From NCBI GenBank assembly GCA_045806825.1, contig JBJMIP010000314.1, forward strand, positions 8,730 through 72,729: DNA of 64,000 bases, in the 5' to 3' direction. Position 1 is the first letter of the stretch; each line of letters begins with the position of its first letter. The notes beneath the pieces were generated by a model. The model worked only from the letters and a program-made list of their open reading frames with translations, made no database searches and was not told the DNA's origin. The DNA comes from Marmoricola sp. (lineage in GTDB: Bacteria > Actinomycetota > Actinomycetes > Propionibacteriales > Nocardioidaceae). Positions 9,771 through 18,246 of this stretch are shown here, piece after piece. The translations under genes and the position numbers were made by a program.

Positions 9771-10538
9771 TCAGAGAATCGCGAACTGGATCAGGCTGAT
9801 GGTCAGACTGATGGGGACAAGGACAGCGACGGTGATGACGACCGCTTGGTTGACCGCGTCGCCGACACCCTTCGAGCCGCCTTTGACGTTCAGCCCCATG
9901 TAGCAGGCGATGACGGCAGCCACGAGGCCGAACACGAAGGCCTTGATCATGCTGACGGCGAGCTCAGCGGGACCGGTGAACAGAGAGACGCTGGCGACGT
10001 ACGCGCCGGGCGTAGCGCCCTGGAGGTACACCGAGAAGAAGTAGCCACCGATCAGGCCACCCGCGCAGATCAGGACGTTGAGGAACAGCGAGACGGCGAC
10101 GGCGGCCACGATCCGCGGGACGACCAGCCTCTGGATCGGGTTGATCCCGAGGACCTTCATGGCGTCGATCTCTTCACGGATCGTCCGGGCACCCAGGTCG
10201 GCACAGATCGCTGTGCCGCCGGCGCCTGCAACGACCACGACCGTGACGAACGGCCCGATCTGTTGGACCGACGCGATGCCGGCGATGCCACCAGCGAGGT
10301 CCAGTGCACCCAGGTCCTTCAGGAGGAGATTGACCTCGAAGATGACCAGCAGGGTGAAGCCGAGCATCACCAGCAACGTCGGGATCAACGAGACCCGGGT
10401 GATGAACCAGGCCTGCTGCACGCATTCGCGCCAGGAGAACGGCTTGGTGAACAGGGTCACGACGGCGTCGAGGAACATGCCGACCACGTCGCCCAAGGCA
10501 CGCATGGGCTTGGCTGCGGTGGCTATCGCAGTGCTCAT
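9771..10538 (-). CDS. yrbEA: YrbE/MlaE-family ABC permease YrbEA
   Basis: GTAICADLGARTIREEIDAMKVLGINP, GGSKGVGDAVN. Confidence 0.92.
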   Translation of the reverse strand: MSTAIATAAKPMRALGDVVGMFLDAVVTLFTKPFSWRECVQQAWFITRVSLIPTLLVMLGFTLLVIFEVNLLLKDLGALDLAGGIAGIASVQQIGPFVTVVVVAGAGGTAICADLGARTIREEIDAMKVLGINPIQRLVVPRIVAAVAVSLFLNVLICAGGLIGGYFFSVYLQGATPGAYVASVSLFTGPAELAVSMIKAFVFGLVAAVIACYMGLNVKGGSKGVGDAVNQAVVITVAVLVPISLTISLIQFAIL

Positions 10539-10558
10539 GAGACCTCCGGGCCGGTGAG

Positions 10559-10587
10559 AAATCTTGGACCAGGGGGTACCAAGATTT
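10559..10587. repeat. 9-bp inverted repeat AAATCTTGG-N11-CCAAGATTT in yrbEA leader
   Basis: Arms at 10559-10567 and 10579-10587. Confidence 0.5.
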
Positions 10588-10618
10588 TTGAATCTGGATT
10601 AACGTAAGTCAAGTTACG
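10588..10618. promoter_or_regulatory. Tandem putative operators: motif B (TTGAATCTGGATTAAC) abutting motif A (CGTAAGTCAAGTTACG)
   Basis: Both 16-mers match palindromes recurring in other intergenic regions; located in the divergent yrbEA/mceG promoter region. Confidence 0.65.
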
Positions 10619-10656
10619 GTGCATGTCAAGCATCACACGGGGCATTACGCTCGCAC

Positions 10657-10672
10657 CATAACTTCACTTATC
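10657..10672. promoter_or_regulatory. Putative operator, motif A (CATAACTTCACTTATC)
   Basis: Near match to CATAASTNNASTTATG, upstream of mceG. Confidence 0.65.
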
Positions 10673-10705
10673 TTTTTGGACCTGAGCGGCAAGGAAGGCA
10701 CCACC

Positions 10706-11659
10706 ATGGGCGTCGAGATCAAGATCGAGCACCTGACCAAGAGCTTCGGTAAGTCGCTCATCTGGAAGGACGTCAGCCTCACCGTTCCTGCGGGTGAGAT
10801 CAGCGTGATGCTCGGGCCGTCGGGTACCGGCAAGTCGGTGCTGCTGAAGACGATCATCGGTCTGCTGAAGCCGAACGAGGGCTCGGTGATGATCCAGGGC
10901 ATCGACATCGCCTCCTGCCCGGAGAAGGAGCTCTACGAGATCCGCAAGCTGTTCGGGGTGCTGTTCCAGGACGGCGCCATGTTCGGCTCGATGAACCTCT
11001 ACGACAACGTCGCGTTCCCGCTGCGCGAGCACACCAAGAAGTCCGAGTCGGAGATCCGCAACATCGTCATGGAGAAGATGGACCTGGTCGGTCTGCTCGG
11101 AGCCGAGGACAAGCTCCCCGGTGAGATCTCCGGCGGTATGCGCAAGCGCGCCGGCCTGGCCCGGGCCCTGGTGCTCGACCCCGAGATCGTGCTCTTCGAC
11201 GAGCCGGACTCCGGTCTGGACCCGGTCCGCACCTCGTTCCTCAACCAGCTGATCATCGACCTGAACGCGCAGATCGACGCGACGTTCCTGATCGTGACCC
11301 ACGACATCAACACCGCCCGCACCGTGCCGGACAACATCGGCCTGCTCTACCACAAGCACCTGGCGATGTTCGGTCCGCGCGAGATGCTGCTGAGCTCCGA
11401 GGAGCCGGTGGTCCGCCAGTTCCTCAACGCCCAGCGGGTCGGCCCGATCGGCATGTCCGAGGAGAAGGACGCCGACGAGCTCGAGGCCGAGAAGGACCAG
11501 GAGCTGCCGCCGCTGCCCCCGATCCCGCTGCAGCAGGAGCCGTCCTCCGGCATCCCGCGCAAGAGCCAGCGCGCCCCCGGCCAGTGGTGCGCCGAGAACG
11601 GCGTCACGCCCCCTCCCGGATCGTTCGCCCCGAGCATGTCGATGGCCGTGGCAGTCTGA
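10706..11659 (+). CDS. mceG: Mce ABC ATPase MceG/Mkl
   Basis: Walker A GPSGTGKS, signature ISGGMRKR, Walker B VLFDEPDSGLDP, C-terminal GPIGMSEEKD typical of Mkl; RBS AAGGAAGG. Confidence 0.92.
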   Translation: MGVEIKIEHLTKSFGKSLIWKDVSLTVPAGEISVMLGPSGTGKSVLLKTIIGLLKPNEGSVMIQGIDIASCPEKELYEIRKLFGVLFQDGAMFGSMNLYDNVAFPLREHTKKSESEIRNIVMEKMDLVGLLGAEDKLPGEISGGMRKRAGLARALVLDPEIVLFDEPDSGLDPVRTSFLNQLIIDLNAQIDATFLIVTHDINTARTVPDNIGLLYHKHLAMFGPREMLLSSEEPVVRQFLNAQRVGPIGMSEEKDADELEAEKDQELPPLPPIPLQQEPSSGIPRKSQRAPGQWCAENGVTPPPGSFAPSMSMAVAV

Positions 11660-11661
11660 TA

Positions 11662-11682
11662 TATAATTGAACTTCGATTAAG
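11662..11682 (+). promoter_or_regulatory. -10 box TATAAT overlapped by motif B site (TTGAACTTCGATTAAG)
   Basis: TATAAT 11662-11667; palindrome-like 16-mer 11667-11682 next to the RBS of 11691. Confidence 0.55.
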
Positions 11683-11690
11683 GAGTCCAG

Positions 11691-12560
11691 ATGAGTGCCT
11701 CCCCAGTAGCGCCGCGGAGCTGCCTGAGCGTCCCCGGCTCCTCGTCGCGGATGCTCGCGAAAGCGTTCGCGTCCGACGCCGACGAGATCGTGATCGACCT
11801 CGAGGACGCAGTGGCACCGGACGCCAAGGACGACGCCCGCGTCGAGGTGGTGGCCTTCCTGGCCGCCGCGGTGACTGGCCGTCGGGTAGCGGTCCGGGTG
11901 AACGCGGTCGGGTCCCCTTGGTGCCACGCCGATCTGATCGCGCTCGGCGAGCTCGAGCGCCCCCCCGAATCGGTGGTGGTCCCGAAGGTCGAGTCGGCCG
12001 GTGACCTCGCCTTCGTCGAGCGGCTGCTGACCGGCGTGACCGGGCGCAGCCCGGGAACGGGGATCCGGCTGCAGGCACTGATCGAGTCGGCCGCCGGACT
12101 GGTTCGGGTCGACGAGATCGCCGCCGCCGGAGGCAGCGTCGAAGCCTTGATCCTCGGGTACGCCGACCTGTCCGCAAGCCTCGGCCGCGAACCTGACGGC
12201 GCCAGCTGGGACTCCGCCCGGGAACGGCTGCTCTGGGCCGCCCGGGCGAACGGGCTGCGCGCGGTCGACGGACCACATCTCGGGGTCAGCGTCGACGACG
12301 ACTTTCACGCCGGCGTGGGTGCGGCACGCGCGGCAGGTTTCGATGGCAAGTGGGTGATCCACCCCGGCCAGATCGCGGCCGTCAACGCTGCCTTCTCCCC
12401 GGATGCCGCCCAGGTCGACTGGGCGGAGCGGGTGCTGGCCGCCCTGGACGCCGGCGAGAAGCGAGGCCTGGGCGCCGTCGAGCTCGACGGCGCCATGCTG
12501 GACGAGGCGATCGCCGTTCGGGCTCGTCGAGTACTCGAACGCAGCGGCGGCAATCCATGA
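11691..12560 (+). CDS. CitE-like / malyl-CoA lyase-like CoA-ester lyase (HpcH/HpaI family)
   Basis: RS.L.VPGS, IDLEDAV, VRVN, PKVES, LIESA, GFDGKWVIHPGQI. Confidence 0.88.
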   Translation: MSASPVAPRSCLSVPGSSSRMLAKAFASDADEIVIDLEDAVAPDAKDDARVEVVAFLAAAVTGRRVAVRVNAVGSPWCHADLIALGELERPPESVVVPKVESAGDLAFVERLLTGVTGRSPGTGIRLQALIESAAGLVRVDEIAAAGGSVEALILGYADLSASLGREPDGASWDSARERLLWAARANGLRAVDGPHLGVSVDDDFHAGVGAARAAGFDGKWVIHPGQIAAVNAAFSPDAAQVDWAERVLAALDAGEKRGLGAVELDGAMLDEAIAVRARRVLERSGGNP

Positions 12561-13555
12561 TCACGGCACGAGGGCCGTACTTCGACGAGCTCGAGATCGG
12601 TCAGATGTTCAGGGACGCTCCCGGCATCACCCTGACCGAGGGCGGTGCGGCGACGCACCAGGCGATCGTCGGGGATCGGCTGCAGTTGGCGCTCAACCAC
12701 GAGCTGTCCCAGCGCGTCACTGGTCGACGCGGGCTGGTGCACCCGGCGTACGTGTGGAACACCGCCATCGGCCAGTCGACCTTGGCCACCCACCATGTGC
12801 GCGCCAACCTCTTCTACCGCGGTCTCGCCTTCCACCATGCGCCGTACCTCGGCGACACCCTAAGCTCCACGACCGAGGTGGTCGGCCTGCGGGAGAACTC
12901 CCGACGACCGGGTCGGGCAGCAACCGGACTTGTCGGACTGCACATCGTCACTCGCGACCAGCACGGTGAGCGGGTTCTCGACTTCCACCGGTGCGCGATG
13001 CTGCCGCTGAGCGACGAGTCGGTCAGCACCGGCCACGCCGACGACTTCGACGCGCTGGGTCCCGATCTGGGCGCAGCCGACTTCACGTCCGACTGGGATC
13101 TGTCCGCGTGCCGGTTGCACGATGCGGTTCCCGCGCTGACCACCGGAACGGTGATCCAGGTCGTCGGCGGCGACGTGATCTGCTCGGCTCCGGAGCTGGC
13201 CCGGCTCACCGGCAACGTCGCCCAGGTTCACTACGACGCCCGCGCGGCAGGTGGCACCCGGCTGGTGTACGGCGGACACACGATCGCCGTGGCGCTGGGT
13301 CAGATCAGCCGGGCCCTGCCCCAGGTCGTCACTGTCCTGGGCTGGCAGGGCTGCGACCACCTCGGCCCGGTCCACGAGGGCGACACCCTGCGCAGCACGG
13401 TCGAGGTCCTGGCGACCCGTTCCCGGGACGGAGGCGGGAACCTGGTCGACCTGCACTGCAAGGTTGCCGCAGACGTTCCGGATCTGACTGCTGAAGGCCG
13501 CCCGGTACTCGACTGGCGTTTCACGGCGCTCGTGTCCGACTCCGGCAGTCCTTGA
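12557..13555 (+). CDS. Double hot-dog MaoC-type acyl-CoA hydratase/dehydratase (mesaconyl-CoA hydratase-like)
   Basis: ATGA overlap with lyase; GPYFDELEIGQ, ANLFY..GDTL...EVVGLREN, second domain with H.GPVHEGDTLRS. Confidence 0.8.
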   Translation: MITARGPYFDELEIGQMFRDAPGITLTEGGAATHQAIVGDRLQLALNHELSQRVTGRRGLVHPAYVWNTAIGQSTLATHHVRANLFYRGLAFHHAPYLGDTLSSTTEVVGLRENSRRPGRAATGLVGLHIVTRDQHGERVLDFHRCAMLPLSDESVSTGHADDFDALGPDLGAADFTSDWDLSACRLHDAVPALTTGTVIQVVGGDVICSAPELARLTGNVAQVHYDARAAGGTRLVYGGHTIAVALGQISRALPQVVTVLGWQGCDHLGPVHEGDTLRSTVEVLATRSRDGGGNLVDLHCKVAADVPDLTAEGRPVLDWRFTALVSDSGSP

Positions 13556-13570
13556 CCCTAGGATAGAAAA

Positions 13571-14215
13571 ATGGCCCGCAAAGCAGCAGCTCCCGACGGA
13601 CGCGGCAAGACCGCCGACGGTGAGAGCGAGTCCAAGTCAGCCCGCACCCGGACCCGAATCCTCGACTCCGCGGCGCACGTGCTCAGCATCAAGGGGTACG
13701 CCGGCATGCGACTCTCGGATGTCGCCGACCACGCCGAGCTCCAGGCGCCCGCGATCTACTACTACTTCCCGTCCCGCGAGGATCTGATCGAAGAGGTCAT
13801 GTGGGCCGGTATCGCCGACATGCGCGACCACCTCGTCGAGGTGCTTGCAGCAGCGCCGGCCGACGCCTCACCGATGGACAAGATCCTTCTCGGCGTCGAG
13901 GCCCACCTCCGCCACGAGCTCGACATCTCCGACTACACCACTGCCTCGATCCGCAATGCCGGTCAGCTGCCCGAGAAGATCCGGAAGCGGCAGGTAGCTG
14001 AGGAGGCCCGTTACGGCGAGCTCTGGCGCAAACTATTCAAGGAAGCCTCGGAGCAGGGCCAGATCCGCGCCGAGCTCGACCTCTACATCGCTCAGATGCT
14101 GGTCTTCGGTGCCCTGAACTGGACGGCGGAGTGGTGGAACCCGAAGCGAGGTTCGCTCGAGACCGTGGTCGCAATGGCACAGACCTTCGTCCGCGAGGGG
14201 TTGTCGCCCTCCTGA
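13571..14215 (+). CDS. TetR-family regulator
   Basis: HTH LSDVADHAELQAPAIYYYF; paralog of 36088..36687; TAGGAT-N6-ATG suggests leaderless transcript. Confidence 0.9.
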   Translation: MARKAAAPDGRGKTADGESESKSARTRTRILDSAAHVLSIKGYAGMRLSDVADHAELQAPAIYYYFPSREDLIEEVMWAGIADMRDHLVEVLAAAPADASPMDKILLGVEAHLRHELDISDYTTASIRNAGQLPEKIRKRQVAEEARYGELWRKLFKEASEQGQIRAELDLYIAQMLVFGALNWTAEWWNPKRGSLETVVAMAQTFVREGLSPS

Positions 14216-14219
14216 TCCG

Positions 14220-15467
14220 TCAGACGGCTGCAGCAGCCAGCTTCGCCGCGTGCAGGTCGGCCCGCTTGGCCGCGAACTCGAGGGCTTCGTCCCAGGTCGC
14301 GCCCCTGGTGATCATCCCGCGGTACTTCATAATCTCGGTCTGCCCGTTGACCGTGAGGGCGCCGATCAGCCGCTCACGCTCGCGGTAGAGCGCCACCCAA
14401 CGACCTTCCTCGGTGACGTCTCCCTCGACGAGGCGGACCTCGTCCGCCTCCGGAGCGCCGACGAACTGGATCCGGACGTCGTACCAGTCCGACCAGAAGT
14501 ACGGAACCGTGCCGTAGGCCTTGGCGTTCTCCGGGTCGAGGGCGTTCCGCGCTGCGGCGGCACCCTGCTCGGCGGCCGCGGTCCAGTTCTCCATCCGCTG
14601 GCGCCGGCCGAGCGTGGGGTTGAACCAGTTCGCAACGTCGCCGGCCGCGTACACGCCCGGTACGCCGGTGAACAGGTTCTCGTCGCAGATGATGCCGTTC
14701 TCGATGGTCAGCCCGGAGCCAGCGAGCCAGCCGACGTTGGGGGCGACGCCGATCCCGACGATCACCAGATCAGCCGGGAGCACGGTGCCGTCGGTGAGGA
14801 CGACCCGTTCCACGGTGTCCTTGCCCTCGATCGCGGCTACGCCGTTGCCGCAGAGCAGGGTGGTGCCGTTGCGCGCGTGCAGCGACGCGATCGCGTGGCC
14901 CATCTCGGTCCCGGTCGCTCGGACCAACGGCGTCGGCAGCGCTTCGACGATCGTGACGTCGACGCCACGCTTCTGCGCCGAGGACGCCACCTCGGAGCCG
15001 ATGAAGCCGGCTCCGATCACGACGGTGCGGGCGCCCGCGTCCAGGGCGGAGCGGACGGCGACGGCGTCGTCGAGGCTGCGCACGGCGTGCACGCCCTGGA
15101 GGTGTTCGGAGCCCGGGATGGTGCGGGCATCGGCACCCGTCGCGATCACCAGGGCGTCGTACGGGATGGTTCGTTCACCCACGTGCACGGTCCGCGCGAC
15201 CACGTCCAGCCCCGTCGCGGGCGCGCCCAGGGCCAACTCCACGCCCAGCTCGTCGACGAGGTGGGTGTGCTCGCGGAAGAACGGGCGCTCAGGTTCGGAA
15301 CCGTCCTCGGTGACGGCCAGGAAGTCCTTGGACAACGGCGGCCGGTCGTAGGGCAGATGCTCCTCGGCGCCGATCAGCGTGATCGGCCCCTCGTGGCCGG
15401 CCTTGCGCGCCGCCTCGACGGCACGCAACCCCGCGAGCGAGGCTCCGACGACGACCAGGTGAGTCAC
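14220..15467 (-). CDS. NAD(P)H:ferredoxin reductase
   Basis: GASLAG, PYDRPPLSK, GAGFIGSE, AAGDVA, VPYFWSD. Confidence 0.92.
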   Translation of the reverse strand: MTHLVVVGASLAGLRAVEAARKAGHEGPITLIGAEEHLPYDRPPLSKDFLAVTEDGSEPERPFFREHTHLVDELGVELALGAPATGLDVVARTVHVGERTIPYDALVIATGADARTIPGSEHLQGVHAVRSLDDAVAVRSALDAGARTVVIGAGFIGSEVASSAQKRGVDVTIVEALPTPLVRATGTEMGHAIASLHARNGTTLLCGNGVAAIEGKDTVERVVLTDGTVLPADLVIVGIGVAPNVGWLAGSGLTIENGIICDENLFTGVPGVYAAGDVANWFNPTLGRRQRMENWTAAAEQGAAAARNALDPENAKAYGTVPYFWSDWYDVRIQFVGAPEADEVRLVEGDVTEEGRWVALYRERERLIGALTVNGQTEIMKYRGMITRGATWDEALEFAAKRADLHAAKLAAAAV

Positions 15468-15474
15468 GGCCGGC

Positions 15475-15666
15475 TCAGCTCAGGATGCGCAGGGCTTCGG
15501 TCGGGCAGCCTGCGACGGCTTCCTCGACCTCCTGCAGCTCGGCGTCGGTGATGTCGGCCTTCAGCAGTACCAGGTCACCGTCGTCGTTGACCTCGAAGAA
15601 CTCGGGGGCGAGGGACTCGCAGATCCCCAAGCCGGTGCACTTCGCGAAATCGACTTCGACCTTCAT
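15475..15666 (-). CDS. 3Fe-4S-type ferredoxin
   Basis: MKVEVDFAKCTGLGICESLAP...CPTEAL (CxxLxxC...CP); RBS GAGGTGGGAG. Confidence 0.9.
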   Translation of the reverse strand: MKVEVDFAKCTGLGICESLAPEFFEVNDDGDLVLLKADITDAELQEVEEAVAGCPTEALRILS

Positions 15667-15699
15667 GACTCCCACCTCTCTCATCCGTACTTCGGATAG

Positions 15700-15764
15700 C
15701 ATAACTCTACTTATGTTTTGGGAGAGGTCAAGAGATTCAGCGCAAGAATTTAATTTGAATTCGA
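15700..15764. promoter_or_regulatory. Internal ferredoxin promoter region with motif A (15700-15715) and motif B (15749-15764)
   Basis: CATAACTCTACTTATG is identical to 46549-46564; TTTAATTTGAATTCGA matches motif B; minus-strand TTGACC-N16-TAGAGT. Confidence 0.7.
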
Positions 15765-15770
15765 CTAGAG

Positions 15771-17054
15771 TCAGCCGATGGGGAACTCCGTCAGGATCTT
15801 GCCGGCGATGATCTCGGCGGTCTCGGCACAGGCCGTGGTGCCGCCGTTCGCGTACTCCTTGACCGCGTCGCCGACGTTCCACAACCCAGTCACCGAGGTG
15901 TCGTGCGGCAGGTCGTAGCCGGCCACCGCCCGCTGCGGAGGCCAACCTTCGCGGGTCGTGACGATCGACAGGATCCGGGCGTCGGCATCGAAGCCGGGGA
16001 TCTGCTCGCGCAGGTCTTCGAGCAGCACCTTGGTTTCGGCCGCCTCATCGAAGTCCCCGATCGCCGGTTCCGGCACCGCAGTACCCACGTACAGGTTCCA
16101 GCCCTCAGGAGACATCTCCGGGCAGATGTCGGTGTAGTTCGCGATGTAGGCGAGCCGACGCGACTTGGCGAAGCTGAGCATCCCGGGTGCCGCGATCAGC
16201 CGCTTCCGGCTGGCGAAGTTCACCGTGATCATCGAGCAGGGTCGGTACTCCGCGTCGACCTCGTAGCCGGCCAGGTCGCCGGTGGCCCACGGGCCGACAT
16301 TGCTGACCACGACCGAGGCGTCGATGTCGACGCTCCGACCGTCCTGCTCCAGCGTCACGCCGGTGACGGCGCCGTCGGCGGTCCGGATCGCGGTGACCTT
16401 CGTCGAGAGCACGATGGTGCCGCCGTTGGCCTCGATCGCCTCGGCCAGGGCGTGCCAGAGACCGATCGTTCCGGCAGGGTGGAAACCGAATCGCTTGAAG
16501 GCGCTCTTCCGGGTGAAGTAGGTCAGGAAGACCCGCGCCGGGAGCTCCTCGGAGCTGACCGCGAAGACCGAGGCGCACATGTTGCGGAAGATCCCGTGCA
16601 CGCCCTCGTTCTTGGTGTATTTCCGCACCCAGTCCGCCGTCGAGATCTCGTCCTCGGGCAGGCCGGAGTCGTTGCGGGCTGCGCCGATACCGGTGACCAG
16701 CTTGGCGCCCTGGCGGGTGAGCTTGCCGAGCAGGAAGCCCCAGCCCCCGCCGGTGACGTCGACGTCCTTGCCGCTGATCCGGTACAGGATCGGCGGGCTC
16801 GGCTCGCGGATCTCGAACTTCGCGCCGACCTCTTCGCAGGTGGCCTGGGTGATCCCGCCGACCTCGATCACGATCGCGCCGTCGTTGACCTTGAAGCCGT
16901 CGATCTCGGTCGTCGATGCGCGACCGCCAACCTTGTCGAGGGCCTCCACGACCAGGGTCCGGTAGCCGGCGTGCGACAGACGCGCGGCGGTGAACAGGCC
17001 GCCGGCACCGGCGCCGACGACGATCGCGTCGTACTTCTTCTGGATCTCAGTCAT
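15771..17054 (-). CDS. Phytoene desaturase-family FAD-dependent oxidoreductase
   Basis: YDAIVVGAGAGG, VGGRA, C-terminal GLWNVGD...GG..ACAE. Confidence 0.75.
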   Translation of the reverse strand: MTEIQKKYDAIVVGAGAGGLFTAARLSHAGYRTLVVEALDKVGGRASTTEIDGFKVNDGAIVIEVGGITQATCEEVGAKFEIREPSPPILYRISGKDVDVTGGGWGFLLGKLTRQGAKLVTGIGAARNDSGLPEDEISTADWVRKYTKNEGVHGIFRNMCASVFAVSSEELPARVFLTYFTRKSAFKRFGFHPAGTIGLWHALAEAIEANGGTIVLSTKVTAIRTADGAVTGVTLEQDGRSVDIDASVVVSNVGPWATGDLAGYEVDAEYRPCSMITVNFASRKRLIAAPGMLSFAKSRRLAYIANYTDICPEMSPEGWNLYVGTAVPEPAIGDFDEAAETKVLLEDLREQIPGFDADARILSIVTTREGWPPQRAVAGYDLPHDTSVTGLWNVGDAVKEYANGGTTACAETAEIIAGKILTEFPIG

Positions 17055-17078
17055 GGGTCAGTCCGTTTCTTAGTGAGG

Positions 17079-18242
17079 TCAGTAGGAGCGCGGCAGGCCA
17101 AGGGAGGTCTGAGCGACAAAGTTGAGGACCATTTCGCGGCTCACCGGAGCAGTCCGCATCAGGCGGGTGACGAACCAGAGCTCGGAGAGCCCGTACTCCT
17201 TCGACAGCCCGTTGCCGCCGTGGGTCTGGATCGCCTGGTCGAGCGCCTTCAGGGCAGCCTCGGACGCGACGAACTTCGCGATGTTGGCGGCTTCGGCGGT
17301 CCCCGCGCTGCCGGAGTCGAACTCCCGGGCACTGTGCATGGTCGCCAGCCGGCTGACCTCGACCTCCATGTGCGCCTGGGCGATCGGGTGCGCCACCCCC
17401 TGGTGCGCTCCGATCGGGACCGACCAGACCTCGCGCTGCTTGGCGTACTCGGTGGCCTTCTCGATCGCGTAGCGACCGACGCCACCGCAGATCGCGCCCA
17501 CCAGGATCCGCTCCGGGTTGAGCCCATCGAACACCTGGCGGAGGCCGGCGCCGGTCTCGCCGACCAGTGCCTCTGGCCCGACCCGGACCTCGTCGAGGAA
17601 GACGGTGAACTGCTTGTCCGGCGACACTATGCTGGTCTCGATCTGCTGGAGGGACAGGCCAGGAGCGTCGGTCGGGACGACGAACATCGACAGTCGACTC
17701 TTCTCCGGGGTCGACAGGTCCCCATCGCGGGCGATGATGAGCACCGCGTCGCACTGGTCGATGGCGGAGATGTAGTACTTCTGCCCGGAGATCACCCAGC
17801 CGTCGCCGTCCTTGCGGGCGGTCGTGCTGACCTGATGGCTGTTGGAACCGGCATCGGGCTCGGTGAGCCCGAAGGCGATCTTGCGGCTGCCGTCCGCGAT
17901 CCCGGGGAGCCAGGCCTCCTTCATCTCCTCGGAAGCGTGCGCCGCCAGGATGCTGCCGACGATGGCCGGCGAGATCACCCAAATCAGCATCGGCATCCCG
18001 TGCGCGGCGAGCTCTTCGACGACGACCACTGCGTCAGCCATGCCACCTCCCCCACCGCCGTACTCCTCGGGCAGGTGCACGCCGAGCAGGCCAGCCGCAC
18101 CGAGCTCGTCCCAGAGCTCGTCGATGTGACCGTCACTGCGGCCGCGCTCGAGGAAGTACGCCGAGCCATAGCGGTCGGCGATCTTGGCGACGCTCTCCCG
18201 GATCGCAGCATGCTCGTCGTTGTCCTGGATCAGTCCTGGCAT
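17079..18242 (-). CDS. Acyl-CoA dehydrogenase
   Basis: PEEYGGGG, FGLTEPDAGSN, ISGQKYYIS, AIQTHGGNG. Confidence 0.9.
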   Translation of the reverse strand: MPGLIQDNDEHAAIRESVAKIADRYGSAYFLERGRSDGHIDELWDELGAAGLLGVHLPEEYGGGGGGMADAVVVVEELAAHGMPMLIWVISPAIVGSILAAHASEEMKEAWLPGIADGSRKIAFGLTEPDAGSNSHQVSTTARKDGDGWVISGQKYYISAIDQCDAVLIIARDGDLSTPEKSRLSMFVVPTDAPGLSLQQIETSIVSPDKQFTVFLDEVRVGPEALVGETGAGLRQVFDGLNPERILVGAICGGVGRYAIEKATEYAKQREVWSVPIGAHQGVAHPIAQAHMEVEVSRLATMHSAREFDSGSAGTAEAANIAKFVASEAALKALDQAIQTHGGNGLSKEYGLSELWFVTRLMRTAPVSREMVLNFVAQTSLGLPRSY

Positions 18243-18246
18243 GCGA

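Noticed and set aside
15771-17054. Carotenoid biosynthesis (crtI)
   Set aside because: No crtE/crtB; short, divergent protein within a catabolic operon.
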